Shown in pieces: positions 47,008 to 55,070 of a stretch of 64,000 nt of DNA. Position 1 is the first letter of the stretch. Every line of letters begins with the position of its first letter. The stretch lies in contig JALWGN010000122.1 of NCBI GenBank assembly GCA_027013575.1, positions 378-64,377 on the forward strand. Direction: 5' to 3'. Position numbers and translations under genes: made by a program. The stretch comes from Desulfurobacteriaceae bacterium (GTDB lineage Bacteria > Aquificota > Aquificia > Desulfurobacteriales > Desulfurobacteriaceae). The notes beneath the pieces were generated by a model, which saw only the letters and a program-made list of their open reading frames with translations, ran no database searches and was not told the origin of the DNA.

Positions 47008-49128
47008 TTACCTCCAGAAGAGGTCAAACCTATCTAAGTTCATGACCTTATTCCAGGCTGAGACAAAACCCCTGACGAACCTCTCCAAGGAGTTCTCAAA
47101 AGCGTAGACCTCTGAAACTGCACGGAGCTCCGAATCAGCAGCAAATATCAGGTCAAAACGGGTAGCTATCCACTTAGGATTCCCCGTTTTTCTGTCAAAG
47201 CCGACAAAGTGGAGCTCCCCACTATCAACGGCCTTCCACTTAACCTCAGGGTCTAAGAGGTTCACGAAGTAGTCATTTGTAAGGGCAAACTCTCTATCTG
47301 TAAAAACTCCGTAATCGGTTTTTCCGTAGTTTCCTCCTAAAACCCTTAAACCTCCCGTCAGGACAACCATCTCCGGCGGAGTGAGGGTTAAGAGCTGGGC
47401 TCTGTCTAGGAAGAGCTCCTCCGGCAGGAAAAGCTCGGTATCCTCAGGCAGGTAGTTTCTGAATCCGTCAACTTTTGGCTCAAGTTCCCTGTAAAACTCC
47501 ACATCTACCTGCTCCTGCTCTGCGTCAACCCTTCCCGGGTAGAATGGAACTTCAACGTCAAACCCTGCGTTCTTTGCTGCAACCTCAACTGCAAGGTTTC
47601 CGGCTATCACTAAAAGGTCTGAGAGTGAAACCTTCCTGTTGCTCTCTGAGTTAAACTCCTCTTGAATTTTCTGGAGGGCTCCCTTTACCCTCTCAACAGT
47701 TTCAGGCTCGTTTACCTCCCAGCTCTTCATCGGTTCAAGGAAAATCTTTCCGCCGTTCACTCCACCCCTTTTGTCTGAATCCCTGTAAGAAGAGGCTGCA
47801 GACCAGGCAACGTAGAGGTAGTCTCTAAGTGGAACGCCTGACTGGAGTATCCTCTCTTTGAGCTTTTTAACGTCTTCACCGTTTACCGGCTCCCCTTCAG
47901 GCTCAGGTAGAGGTTCCTGCCAGGGAAAGACCTCATCGGGCTTTTCCTTCCAGATGTACCTTGAGAGGGGTCCTAAGTCTCTGTGGGTCAGCTTGAACCA
48001 GGCCCTTGCAAAGGCCCTCTCAAACTCCTCAGGGTTTTTAAGGAACCTGAGGGCAATATCCCTGTAAACCGGGTCAAACTTCAGGGCGAGGTCTGTTGTG
48101 AGCATCATAGGTTTGTGCTTTTTATTCGGGTCGTGGGCGTCTGGGATTTCGGCAGGAGCTCCCTTCGCAACCCACTGGTAGAGTCCTGCGGGGCTTTTAG
48201 TCAGCTCGTAGTCGTAGGCAAAGAGGTTTCTCAGAAAGTCAATGCTCCACTTAACGGGCGTCCTCGTCCAGGTAAGCTCAAATCCGCTGGTTATCGTATC
48301 TGGTCCTTTTCCCGTTCCGCAGCTGTTCCTCCAGCCAAAGCCCGCCTCCTCAACGGGGGCTTCGTCCGGCGGCTCCCCTAAGCAGGAAACGGGGCCTGCT
48401 CCGTGGCACTTTCCAAATGAGTGGCCTCCTGCGATCAGGGCAACAGTCTCCTCGTCATCCATTCCCATTAACCTAAAAGACTCCCTTATCTCCTTTGCAG
48501 ACTCCACCGGATCAGGGTTTCCTTTCGGCCCTTCCGGGTTAACGTAGATAAGTCCCATCGTTGAGGCTGCGGCGGGGAGCTCCTCAGGCTTTTCCTCCTT
48601 TAGTCTCTTCTCCTCTGCCATAAACTCAAGCTCTTTCTGGTAGTATACGTCCTCCTCAAAGTAGAAAGTGTCAACCCTTCCGCCTGCAAAACCGAGGGTC
48701 TTAAACCCCATGTCCTCAAGGGCAACGTTTCCTGCCAGAATAACGAGGTCTCCCCAAGAGATCCTCTCTCCAAACTTCCTCTTCACTGGCCAGAGGAGTC
48801 TGAGGGCTTTGTCAAGGTTTGTGTTGTCTGGCCAGTCAAGAATCGGGTAGAGCCTTATGAGGCCGCTGTTTGCTCCCCTCCTTCCGTCCTTAACCCTGTA
48901 GGTTCCTGCGCTGTGCCAGGCGAGGCGAACAAATAGAGGGCCGTAGTGGCCAAAGTCTGCAGGCCACCACTCCTTTGAGTCCCTGAGGACTTTTCTTATC
49001 TCCTCTTTAACCTCGTTGATGTTGAGCTCCTCAAAGAGCTCCCTGTAGTTGACATTTTTTAGAGGATTTGCCCTCTCGTTCCTCTGGTTGAGGAACCTGA
49101 CAGGCAGTTTTCTCCTTCTCTTTCCCAT
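47008..49128 (-). CDS. katG: Catalase-peroxidase
   Basis: 706 aa with RLAWHSAGTYR (distal His region), the proximal His region GGHSFGKCHG and a duplicated peroxidase domain. Confidence 0.95.
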   Translation of the reverse strand: MGKRRRKLPVRFLNQRNERANPLKNVNYRELFEELNINEVKEEIRKVLRDSKEWWPADFGHYGPLFVRLAWHSAGTYRVKDGRRGANSGLIRLYPILDWPDNTNLDKALRLLWPVKRKFGERISWGDLVILAGNVALEDMGFKTLGFAGGRVDTFYFEEDVYYQKELEFMAEEKRLKEEKPEELPAAASTMGLIYVNPEGPKGNPDPVESAKEIRESFRLMGMDDEETVALIAGGHSFGKCHGAGPVSCLGEPPDEAPVEEAGFGWRNSCGTGKGPDTITSGFELTWTRTPVKWSIDFLRNLFAYDYELTKSPAGLYQWVAKGAPAEIPDAHDPNKKHKPMMLTTDLALKFDPVYRDIALRFLKNPEEFERAFARAWFKLTHRDLGPLSRYIWKEKPDEVFPWQEPLPEPEGEPVNGEDVKKLKERILQSGVPLRDYLYVAWSAASSYRDSDKRGGVNGGKIFLEPMKSWEVNEPETVERVKGALQKIQEEFNSESNRKVSLSDLLVIAGNLAVEVAAKNAGFDVEVPFYPGRVDAEQEQVDVEFYRELEPKVDGFRNYLPEDTELFLPEELFLDRAQLLTLTPPEMVVLTGGLRVLGGNYGKTDYGVFTDREFALTNDYFVNLLDPEVKWKAVDSGELHFVGFDRKTGNPKWIATRFDLIFAADSELRAVSEVYAFENSLERFVRGFVSAWNKVMNLDRFDLFWR

Positions 49129-49134
49129 GGTACC

Positions 49135-49173
49135 CTCCGGTAGCTGTTTATACTGAAGTTAGTGCTACCGGAG
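49135..49173 (-). promoter_or_regulatory. 10-bp perfect inverted repeat (CTCCGGTAGC / GCTACCGGAG, 19-nt loop) in the katG leader. The 3' arm contains most of the katG Shine-Dalgarno.
   Basis: Read directly. The minus-strand RNA is ...CTCCGGTAGC-N19-GCTACCGGAGGGTACCATG. Confidence 0.4.
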
Positions 49174-49207
49174 AGTATCTGCAAGTAATTTGCAAGTGCA
49201 AAGCTAT

Positions 49208-52200
49208 TTAAACGGCCACTGATTCAAAGGAGACGCCGATAATCTTTGAAACGCCTGGGGTTTCCATTGTTACGCCGAAGATGGCGTCTGCAACCTCCAT
49301 GGTCAGTTTGTTGTGTGTGATGATTATCACCTGAGTGTTTAGAGCCATCTGTTTGAGGAGCTCCGCCAGTCTAAGCGTGTTTGCGTCGTCTAAAGCGGCG
49401 TCAACTTCGTCTAAAACGATGAAGGGAGCAGGTCTTACGGAGTAGAGGGCGTAGAGGAATGTAAGAGCAACCAGCGTTCTCTCTCCACCTGAAAGGAGGT
49501 TGAGGTTTGAGTGGCGCTTACCGGGAGGTTTAACCTCTATCTCAAGGCCGGCCTCAGAGAGGTTTTCAGAGGTAAGGATGAGCCTTCCTGTTCCCCCTCC
49601 AAATACCGCCTTAACGGAGCGCCTGAACTCCCTGTTTACGGCCTTAAAGGTCTCAAAGAACCGCTTCTCTATCTCCTCATCTAAACGCTTTATTGCCTCT
49701 TTAAGGTTCTTAATTGACTCAACAAGGTCCCTCTCCTGCTCCAGTATAAAGCCGTAGCGCTCCTTTATCTTCTCGTACTCCTCAATGGCAAGCATGTTAA
49801 CGGCACCAAGCCTGCTTATCCTCTCTTTAAGGTTTATAAGCTCCCTCTTTAGCTCCTCCTCGTCTTCAACAGATTCGGCAAGCTGGAGGGCTTCTGAAAC
49901 GGAACCCTCTGCGTCAACGATTTTCTTGAGGAGCTCCTCCTCCTGAACAGTCAGTTTGGCAAGCTCAATTTCTGAAGACTTCAGCTTCTTTGAAACCTCT
50001 GAAAGGTGAGCGTTCCTCTGTTTTAAGGCCTCCTCTTTGTTCTTGATGAGAAAGGAAAGCTCCTTCCTCTTTTCCTCTAAGCTTTTCAGCTCTTCGGTTA
50101 TCTCCTCTATCGTCTCGTCTACTCCAGAGAGGAGCTCCTCTGCCCTCTCAAGCTCAAGTTTTGCCTTTTCAAGCTCTTTCTTTGCCCTCTCAACTCTTCT
50201 TTCAGACTCTTCAACCTCACGCCTTAAAGACTTAAGAGCTCCCTCCTTCGCCCTTATCTTCTCCCTCAGCGAGGAGAGCTTCTCTAAAAGAACCGAACGC
50301 TTAGAGGAAACCCTAGAGAGCTCCTCCTTCACCTCCTCGTAAAGAGCCGCAACTTTTTCCTTTTCAGCCTTTAAGCTCTCTAACTGTGAAAGGAGTTCTC
50401 TCTTCTCGCCTTCCAGCTCCTTTATTTTGTTCTTCAGTATCTCTGAGCGCCTCTCAAAGGATTCAATACTCTCTTTAGCCCTCTTTTCCCTCTCAAGGAG
50501 CTCCGTCTTCCTCCTTTCAACTTCAGAGAGCTTCCTCTTTAACTCCTTCAGCTTTGACTCCGCCTCAAAGAGAGACATTCTCTTCTGCTGAATCTCCTCC
50601 CTTATCTCCTCAACCCTCTCCTCTAAGGTCTCAACCTCTTCCCTGTAAGGGTTTAAGCTCTCTCTCAGCTCCTCAATCTCAGACTCAATTTTTGAGAGCT
50701 CCTCCTTCTTCTGGCGAACTTCCCTTTCAAGCTCAAGGAGTGAAGACTCTTTAAACTTACCGACAACGCACCCCCTGGCAGAGAACAGGTTAAAGTCCTC
50801 GTCAATGAAAACGGCATCGGGGTGCCTGGCCGCCAGAGAGGGAGCTCCCTCCGGAGCGTAGTAAACCCTGTGGAAAATCGCCTTTATCAGGTTCTTAACC
50901 CGGGAATCTCTGGGCTTAACGTACTTCTCTACAGGGAGAGCTCCGTCAATTTCAGGGCTATCAGGAAGTTCTGGAACATCTGCAAAGAGAAGATTTACCC
51001 TCCCCTTCCCCTTAATCCTCTCTTTAATCCAGACGATATCTTCGGGAGTCTTTAGAACAATTCCGGCTCCAAAGGTTGAGAGGTAGTTCTCTACAACCTT
51101 CTCCCACCCCGGCTCAACCTCAATCAGGTTCAGAAGAAGCCCTATATACCCTTTCACTTTCCCTTTTTGTCCGCTTTCAACTATCTTCTGCTCTACCTTT
51201 TTAAGGTTTATGGAAGAGAGGATCCTCTCTGTGTTCTCAACCTCCGTTTTAACCCTTAAAGCCTCTCTCCTTTTCTCCTCAAGCTCGGCCTCTGCCTCCT
51301 CTAACCTCTCTCTGGCCTCAGAGAGCTCCCTCCTCTTTACAGAGAGCTCCTCTTCCAGCCTCTCTATTTCCTCTTTTATCTTCTCAATCTCCTTCTCAAC
51401 CCTCTCAATCTGAGAAACGTAGTACCCCTTCTCCTTCTCAACCTGAGAGATCTCGCCGGGAAGTCTCTCTAAAAGGCTCTTCTGAGACTTAAACCGCTCC
51501 TCCTCCCTTGCTAAGTCCATCTGGAGCTTGTTTATCTGGGCGCTAACCCCCGAGAGTTTCCTTGAGAGGGAGAGCTCCCTCTCCTCAAGCCTTTCCCTCT
51601 CTTTTTTCAACTCATCAATTTTTCCTTTTACGGCCTTCTCCTCTTTTTCAAGCTCTGAGAGGGATTTAAGGAGCTCCCTCTCTTTTCCTCTTAGCTCCTC
51701 TACTTCAGATGCAATGGAAGAGAGCCTTTTCAGCTTTAACTCTCTCTCCTTTTCCCTCTCTTCAATTTCCCCCTTAAGCCTCTCTATCTCCTTTGTTAAA
51801 AACTCCCTCTTTACAGAGGCCTCCTTTTTGCTCTTTTCAACCTCGGCAAGCTCTTTTGCAGTCTCCTCTACCTCTCTGTTTAACCGGTCAAGCTCAGAGC
51901 GGAGCTCCTCAATCTCAACGGTTAAAAGTGAAACCTCCCTCTCTAAAGAGGCTCTATCCTCCTGTAAAACCCTTATGCTTCCCTCTAACTTCGCCCTCTC
52001 CTCCTGAACTTTCTTAAGCTGGTAGCCGAGGAGCTTCAGCTCAAGCTCCCTCTCTTTTAAACGGAGCTCCTTAAACCTCTTTGCCTTCTCCGCCTGATTT
52101 TTGAGAGCTCTCAGGTTTTTTGCAACCTCCTCTATAACGTTCCGCGTGTTCTCAAGGTTTCTCTGAGCCTCTTCAAGCTGCTTCAGAGTCTCTTCCCTCT

Positions 52201-52702
52201 TCACCTTAAACGGGGTGATTCCGGCGGCTTCGTCTATGAGAGCTCTCCTCTCAACAGGCTTCATCCTGAGAACTTTTTCTACCTGCCCCTGCTCAAAAAA
52301 GGCGTAGTCTCTGTTTGAGAGGCCAAGCTTTAAGAAAACCTCCTGAATATCCTTCAGCCTTACTTTCCTGCCGTTTATAAGGAACTCACTCTCCCCGTCG
52401 GACTTAACCCTCCTTGTAATCTCAGTTTCAGGAAAGGTTAAATCTTCAGAGGTTACAACAACGGAAACCTCAGCACTCCTTGCCGGTCTCCTTCCCTCAG
52501 CACCTTTAAACACAACGTCCCTAATAGAGTCAGCTCTCATTCCCTTAGCCGAAGTAACACCTACAACCCACTTTAAAGCGTCAACGATGTTACTCTTACC
52601 GCAGCCGTTTGGCCCAACTATACAGTTGATTCCCTCTGTAAACCTTACTTCTGTCTCATCAGCAAAAGACTTAAAACCTTTCAATTTCAGGCTCTTTATC
52701 AT
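49208..52702 (-). CDS. smc: Chromosome partition protein Smc
   Basis: 1164 aa. N-terminal Walker A GPNGCGKSN, long E/K/L-rich coiled coils, a hinge, and C-terminal LSGGERTL signature and Walker B FIVLDEVDAALD. Confidence 0.95.
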   Translation of the reverse strand: MIKSLKLKGFKSFADETEVRFTEGINCIVGPNGCGKSNIVDALKWVVGVTSAKGMRADSIRDVVFKGAEGRRPARSAEVSVVVTSEDLTFPETEITRRVKSDGESEFLINGRKVRLKDIQEVFLKLGLSNRDYAFFEQGQVEKVLRMKPVERRALIDEAAGITPFKVKREETLKQLEEAQRNLENTRNVIEEVAKNLRALKNQAEKAKRFKELRLKERELELKLLGYQLKKVQEERAKLEGSIRVLQEDRASLEREVSLLTVEIEELRSELDRLNREVEETAKELAEVEKSKKEASVKREFLTKEIERLKGEIEEREKERELKLKRLSSIASEVEELRGKERELLKSLSELEKEEKAVKGKIDELKKERERLEERELSLSRKLSGVSAQINKLQMDLAREEERFKSQKSLLERLPGEISQVEKEKGYYVSQIERVEKEIEKIKEEIERLEEELSVKRRELSEARERLEEAEAELEEKRREALRVKTEVENTERILSSINLKKVEQKIVESGQKGKVKGYIGLLLNLIEVEPGWEKVVENYLSTFGAGIVLKTPEDIVWIKERIKGKGRVNLLFADVPELPDSPEIDGALPVEKYVKPRDSRVKNLIKAIFHRVYYAPEGAPSLAARHPDAVFIDEDFNLFSARGCVVGKFKESSLLELEREVRQKKEELSKIESEIEELRESLNPYREEVETLEERVEEIREEIQQKRMSLFEAESKLKELKRKLSEVERRKTELLEREKRAKESIESFERRSEILKNKIKELEGEKRELLSQLESLKAEKEKVAALYEEVKEELSRVSSKRSVLLEKLSSLREKIRAKEGALKSLRREVEESERRVERAKKELEKAKLELERAEELLSGVDETIEEITEELKSLEEKRKELSFLIKNKEEALKQRNAHLSEVSKKLKSSEIELAKLTVQEEELLKKIVDAEGSVSEALQLAESVEDEEELKRELINLKERISRLGAVNMLAIEEYEKIKERYGFILEQERDLVESIKNLKEAIKRLDEEIEKRFFETFKAVNREFRRSVKAVFGGGTGRLILTSENLSEAGLEIEVKPPGKRHSNLNLLSGGERTLVALTFLYALYSVRPAPFIVLDEVDAALDDANTLRLAELLKQMALNTQVIIITHNKLTMEVADAIFGVTMETPGVSKIIGVSFESVAV

Positions 52703-52781
52703 CTGCCGTCTACTCCAGAAGAAGAAGTTTCACTCCGTAATGTTAAACTACCTGTCAAAATTTAGAAGTGGAGAGGGCTTA

Positions 52782-53756
52782 ATGAAAACTGTTCTCCTCA
52801 CAGGAGCAGCCGGGTTTATAGGAAGCTACGTTGCAAAGAGGCTCCTTGAAAAGGGCTACAGAGTTGTAGGGGTTGACAACCTCAACGACTACTACGACCC
52901 AAGGCTTAAGAAGTTCAGACTGAAACAGCTCTCAGAAAACCCCAACTTCACCTTCTACCAGGTTGACATAGAGAACAGGGAAGCTCTAAGGGTAATCTTT
53001 CAGGACACAAAGCCGGAAGGCGTTATAAACCTTGCAGCAAGGGCAGGGGTCAGGTACAGCCTCGTCAACCCATTCGTTTACGAAACTACCAACTCCCTCG
53101 GAACTCTCAACCTACTGGAAACCATGAGGGAGTTCGGACTTAAAAAGTTTGTTCTTGCATCAACCTCTTCACTCTACGCCGGCCAGCCTATGCCATTTAA
53201 GGAAGACCTGCCTGTAAATACGCCAATCTCTCCCTACGCTGCAAGTAAAAAGGCAGCAGAGGTTATGTCCTACACCTACCATTACCTCTACGGATTTGAC
53301 GTAACGGTAGTTCGCTACTTCACCGTTTACGGTCCAGCAGGAAGACCCGACATGTGCATCTTCCGGTTCATAAAGTGGATAGACGAGGGAACCCCAATAA
53401 CCGTTTACGGAGACGGAACACAGAGCAGAGATTTTACCTTTGTTGAGGACATTGCGGAGGGAACCGTAAGGGCTTACAAGACAGAAACGGGATACGAAAT
53501 AATTAACCTTGGCGGAAACCACCCCCACCAGCTTAAAGAGGTAATTGAGCTGATAGAGAAGTACCTCGGTAAGAAGGCAGAAATTGTCTATAAACCGTTC
53601 CACAAGGCAGACCTGAAGGCCACCTGGGCAGACATAACAAAGGCAAAGAGAATCCTCGGCTGGGAGCCAAGGGTTCCCCTTGAGGAGGGCTTAAAGAGAA
53701 CCGTTGACTGGCACGTTAAGAACAGGAACTTCGTCAGAACGATTCCTTTACCTTAA
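52782..53756 (+). CDS. NAD-dependent nucleotide-sugar epimerase/dehydratase (UDP-glucuronate 4-epimerase-like SDR)
   Basis: Starts MKTVLLTGAAGFIGS (Rossmann GxxGxxG) with catalytic YAASK. ATG at 52782 follows GTGGAGAG. The longer ORF from 52587 overlaps smc and is rejected. Confidence 0.85.
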   Translation: MKTVLLTGAAGFIGSYVAKRLLEKGYRVVGVDNLNDYYDPRLKKFRLKQLSENPNFTFYQVDIENREALRVIFQDTKPEGVINLAARAGVRYSLVNPFVYETTNSLGTLNLLETMREFGLKKFVLASTSSLYAGQPMPFKEDLPVNTPISPYAASKKAAEVMSYTYHYLYGFDVTVVRYFTVYGPAGRPDMCIFRFIKWIDEGTPITVYGDGTQSRDFTFVEDIAEGTVRAYKTETGYEIINLGGNHPHQLKEVIELIEKYLGKKAEIVYKPFHKADLKATWADITKAKRILGWEPRVPLEEGLKRTVDWHVKNRNFVRTIPLP

Positions 53757-53882
53757 ATAGTAGAGATTTAACTACTAATTCAAAGTTCTACTACGAGATC
53801 GGCTTTTCTCTCTTTTATGCTGGGGAAGGTGTTGTCAAGGATTTTTATCCCCTTTTTGGCAATAAGGATGTGTGTGAATTTC

Positions 53883-54455
53883 TCAGGTATCCTCTGGAGA
53901 TTGTTGTCTCTTACGAGGAGGGGGAATTATTTTCTCCCATTCATCCCATTTAATTTTTTTTAAGTCAGTTGTTTTTATAAGAGTTAGTTTGTCATAACGG
54001 TTTTTTCGTTGGTAGATTTTGTACTTAGCATCGTAAGAGGAACTCACTTTTGTGGAAAAATCCACTTTATCTTCTATAAGTTTGATTAAATCTTCCCTTT
54101 TGACAATTACAAAACTTGTTTTTGTCTCGAACGCTATTAGATCAGCTTTTCCTCCATAGAGCCAACCTTCATCATTTTTCCTTACTCCATGAAGTTCTAT
54201 CCAATGCCATTCATCTTGAGGGGAAGAATCATTCCTATTTAGCCTTTTCATAGCTTTTACGTCAACTTTGTAACTTTCTTCGCCTTTTCTAATTTTCATA
54301 TCCCAGTGTTCGTTAATGTCTTGATAACTAGAAGGTTCATGGATCTCCCATCCTTTTGCTCTTGCAGTTTGTGCAAATAAATATTCTGCTTGTAATCCTT
54401 GTCTCAAGTTTAGTCCATTTTTGTCGAACTTATTAGGAGTTATTTTTCTATTCAC
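53883..54455 (-). CDS. Hypothetical PD-(D/E)xK-fold nuclease-like protein (second nuclease-like gene of the R-M-like island)
   Basis: 190 aa with GLQAE(24)YLFAQTARAKGWEI ... EHWD(52)MKI ... YKVD(65)VK(67)AMK, a classical E...D...DxK arrangement. It overlaps the upstream gene by 8 nt. Confidence 0.45.
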   Translation of the reverse strand: MNRKITPNKFDKNGLNLRQGLQAEYLFAQTARAKGWEIHEPSSYQDINEHWDMKIRKGEESYKVDVKAMKRLNRNDSSPQDEWHWIELHGVRKNDEGWLYGGKADLIAFETKTSFVIVKREDLIKLIEDKVDFSTKVSSSYDAKYKIYQRKNRYDKLTLIKTTDLKKIKWDEWEKIIPPPRKRQQSPEDT

Positions 54456-54987
54456 TTGCTAGCCTCCTGATGAAATCTAAGAGGTAGTCCTCACCTACAA
54501 AGAAATTCTCCTCTTTGTAAACTTTTCCTGTAAAGCTGTATATAAAAACCCCATCACACTCAAAGGGAAGAATTGTTCTACACTTTCTTTTTTTCTTTGG
54601 TTTTTCGGGGTTGTATAGTTCCTGGTCTGTATCGGAAGTTACTAGTATATATTTATAACTTTTGTTATGCTGCTTAACCTTAACTGCCCAATAAGCAGTT
54701 TGCCCTCCTCGTTCTCTAAAGGACTTTTTTACAGAGATCACACAAACTAGTTTCTTGTCTGCCTTCCTAACCACGCAAATATCTGCGTCTATTTTTTCTT
54801 TACGATCGTTATATGGAACTTCCAGCTCTTCCTTTTTTAAAAATCCCTTTTTAATTTTCGATAGACGGTCTATGATAAAGTTTTTCTCAATTTCAGGGAC
54901 ACTTCGAAATAATCCTATAACTTCATCTTCCTTTCTTTTTCCTGCTTTCGTTACTTCTCGTTGTCTTTCTATTCTTTCATTTCCCAT
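54448..54987 (-). CDS. Candidate restriction endonuclease (D...SxK-x3-RER signature)
   Basis: 179 aa with KID(67)AD(69)ICVV ... VCVIS(85)VK(87)KSFR(91)E(92)R(93)GG. It is divergent from, and only 8 bp away from, the methyltransferase ORF. Confidence 0.5.
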   Translation of the reverse strand: MGNERIERQREVTKAGKRKEDEVIGLFRSVPEIEKNFIIDRLSKIKKGFLKKEELEVPYNDRKEKIDADICVVRKADKKLVCVISVKKSFRERGGQTAYWAVKVKQHNKSYKYILVTSDTDQELYNPEKPKKKRKCRTILPFECDGVFIYSFTGKVYKEENFFVGEDYLLDFIRRLASE

Positions 54988-54998
54988 CTACTTCAGTG

Positions 54999-55024
54999 TA
55001 TAATACCCTTAAATCAGATTTAAG
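54999..55024. promoter_or_regulatory. TATAAT -10 box (54999-55004) followed by a perfect palindrome CTTAAATC-A-GATTTAAG (55008-55024) in the divergent R / M promoter region
   Basis: Read directly. On the opposite strand TATTAT overlaps the same bases, so both divergent transcripts may start here. Confidence 0.4.
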
Positions 55025-55070
55025 CACCCACATTTTGGGGGTAAGATTGGAGTACCTAAGAGGGTTTTCT

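Noticed and set aside
49500-52017. Several long plus-strand ORFs (for example 50037-50342, 51210-51413, 51528-52007, 51793-52017) encoding Ser/Leu/Phe-rich low-complexity proteins
   Set aside because: They are antisense to smc. The E/K/L-rich coiled-coil codons (GAG, AAG, CTC) read as S/L/F on the other strand and rarely give stops. They have no SD and no motifs.
52587-52781. N-terminal 65-codon extension of the epimerase ORF
   Set aside because: It overlaps the smc start on the other strand and has junk-like sequence. The canonical Rossmann N-terminus MKTVLLTGAAGFIGS starts at 52782 with an SD.
54996-55070. ORF-track start of the methyltransferase at 54996
   Set aside because: This start would put a consensus TATAAT and the palindromic operator inside the coding sequence, only 8 bp from the divergent gene. 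GTG at 55071 with AGAGGG upstream is more plausible. This is not proven.
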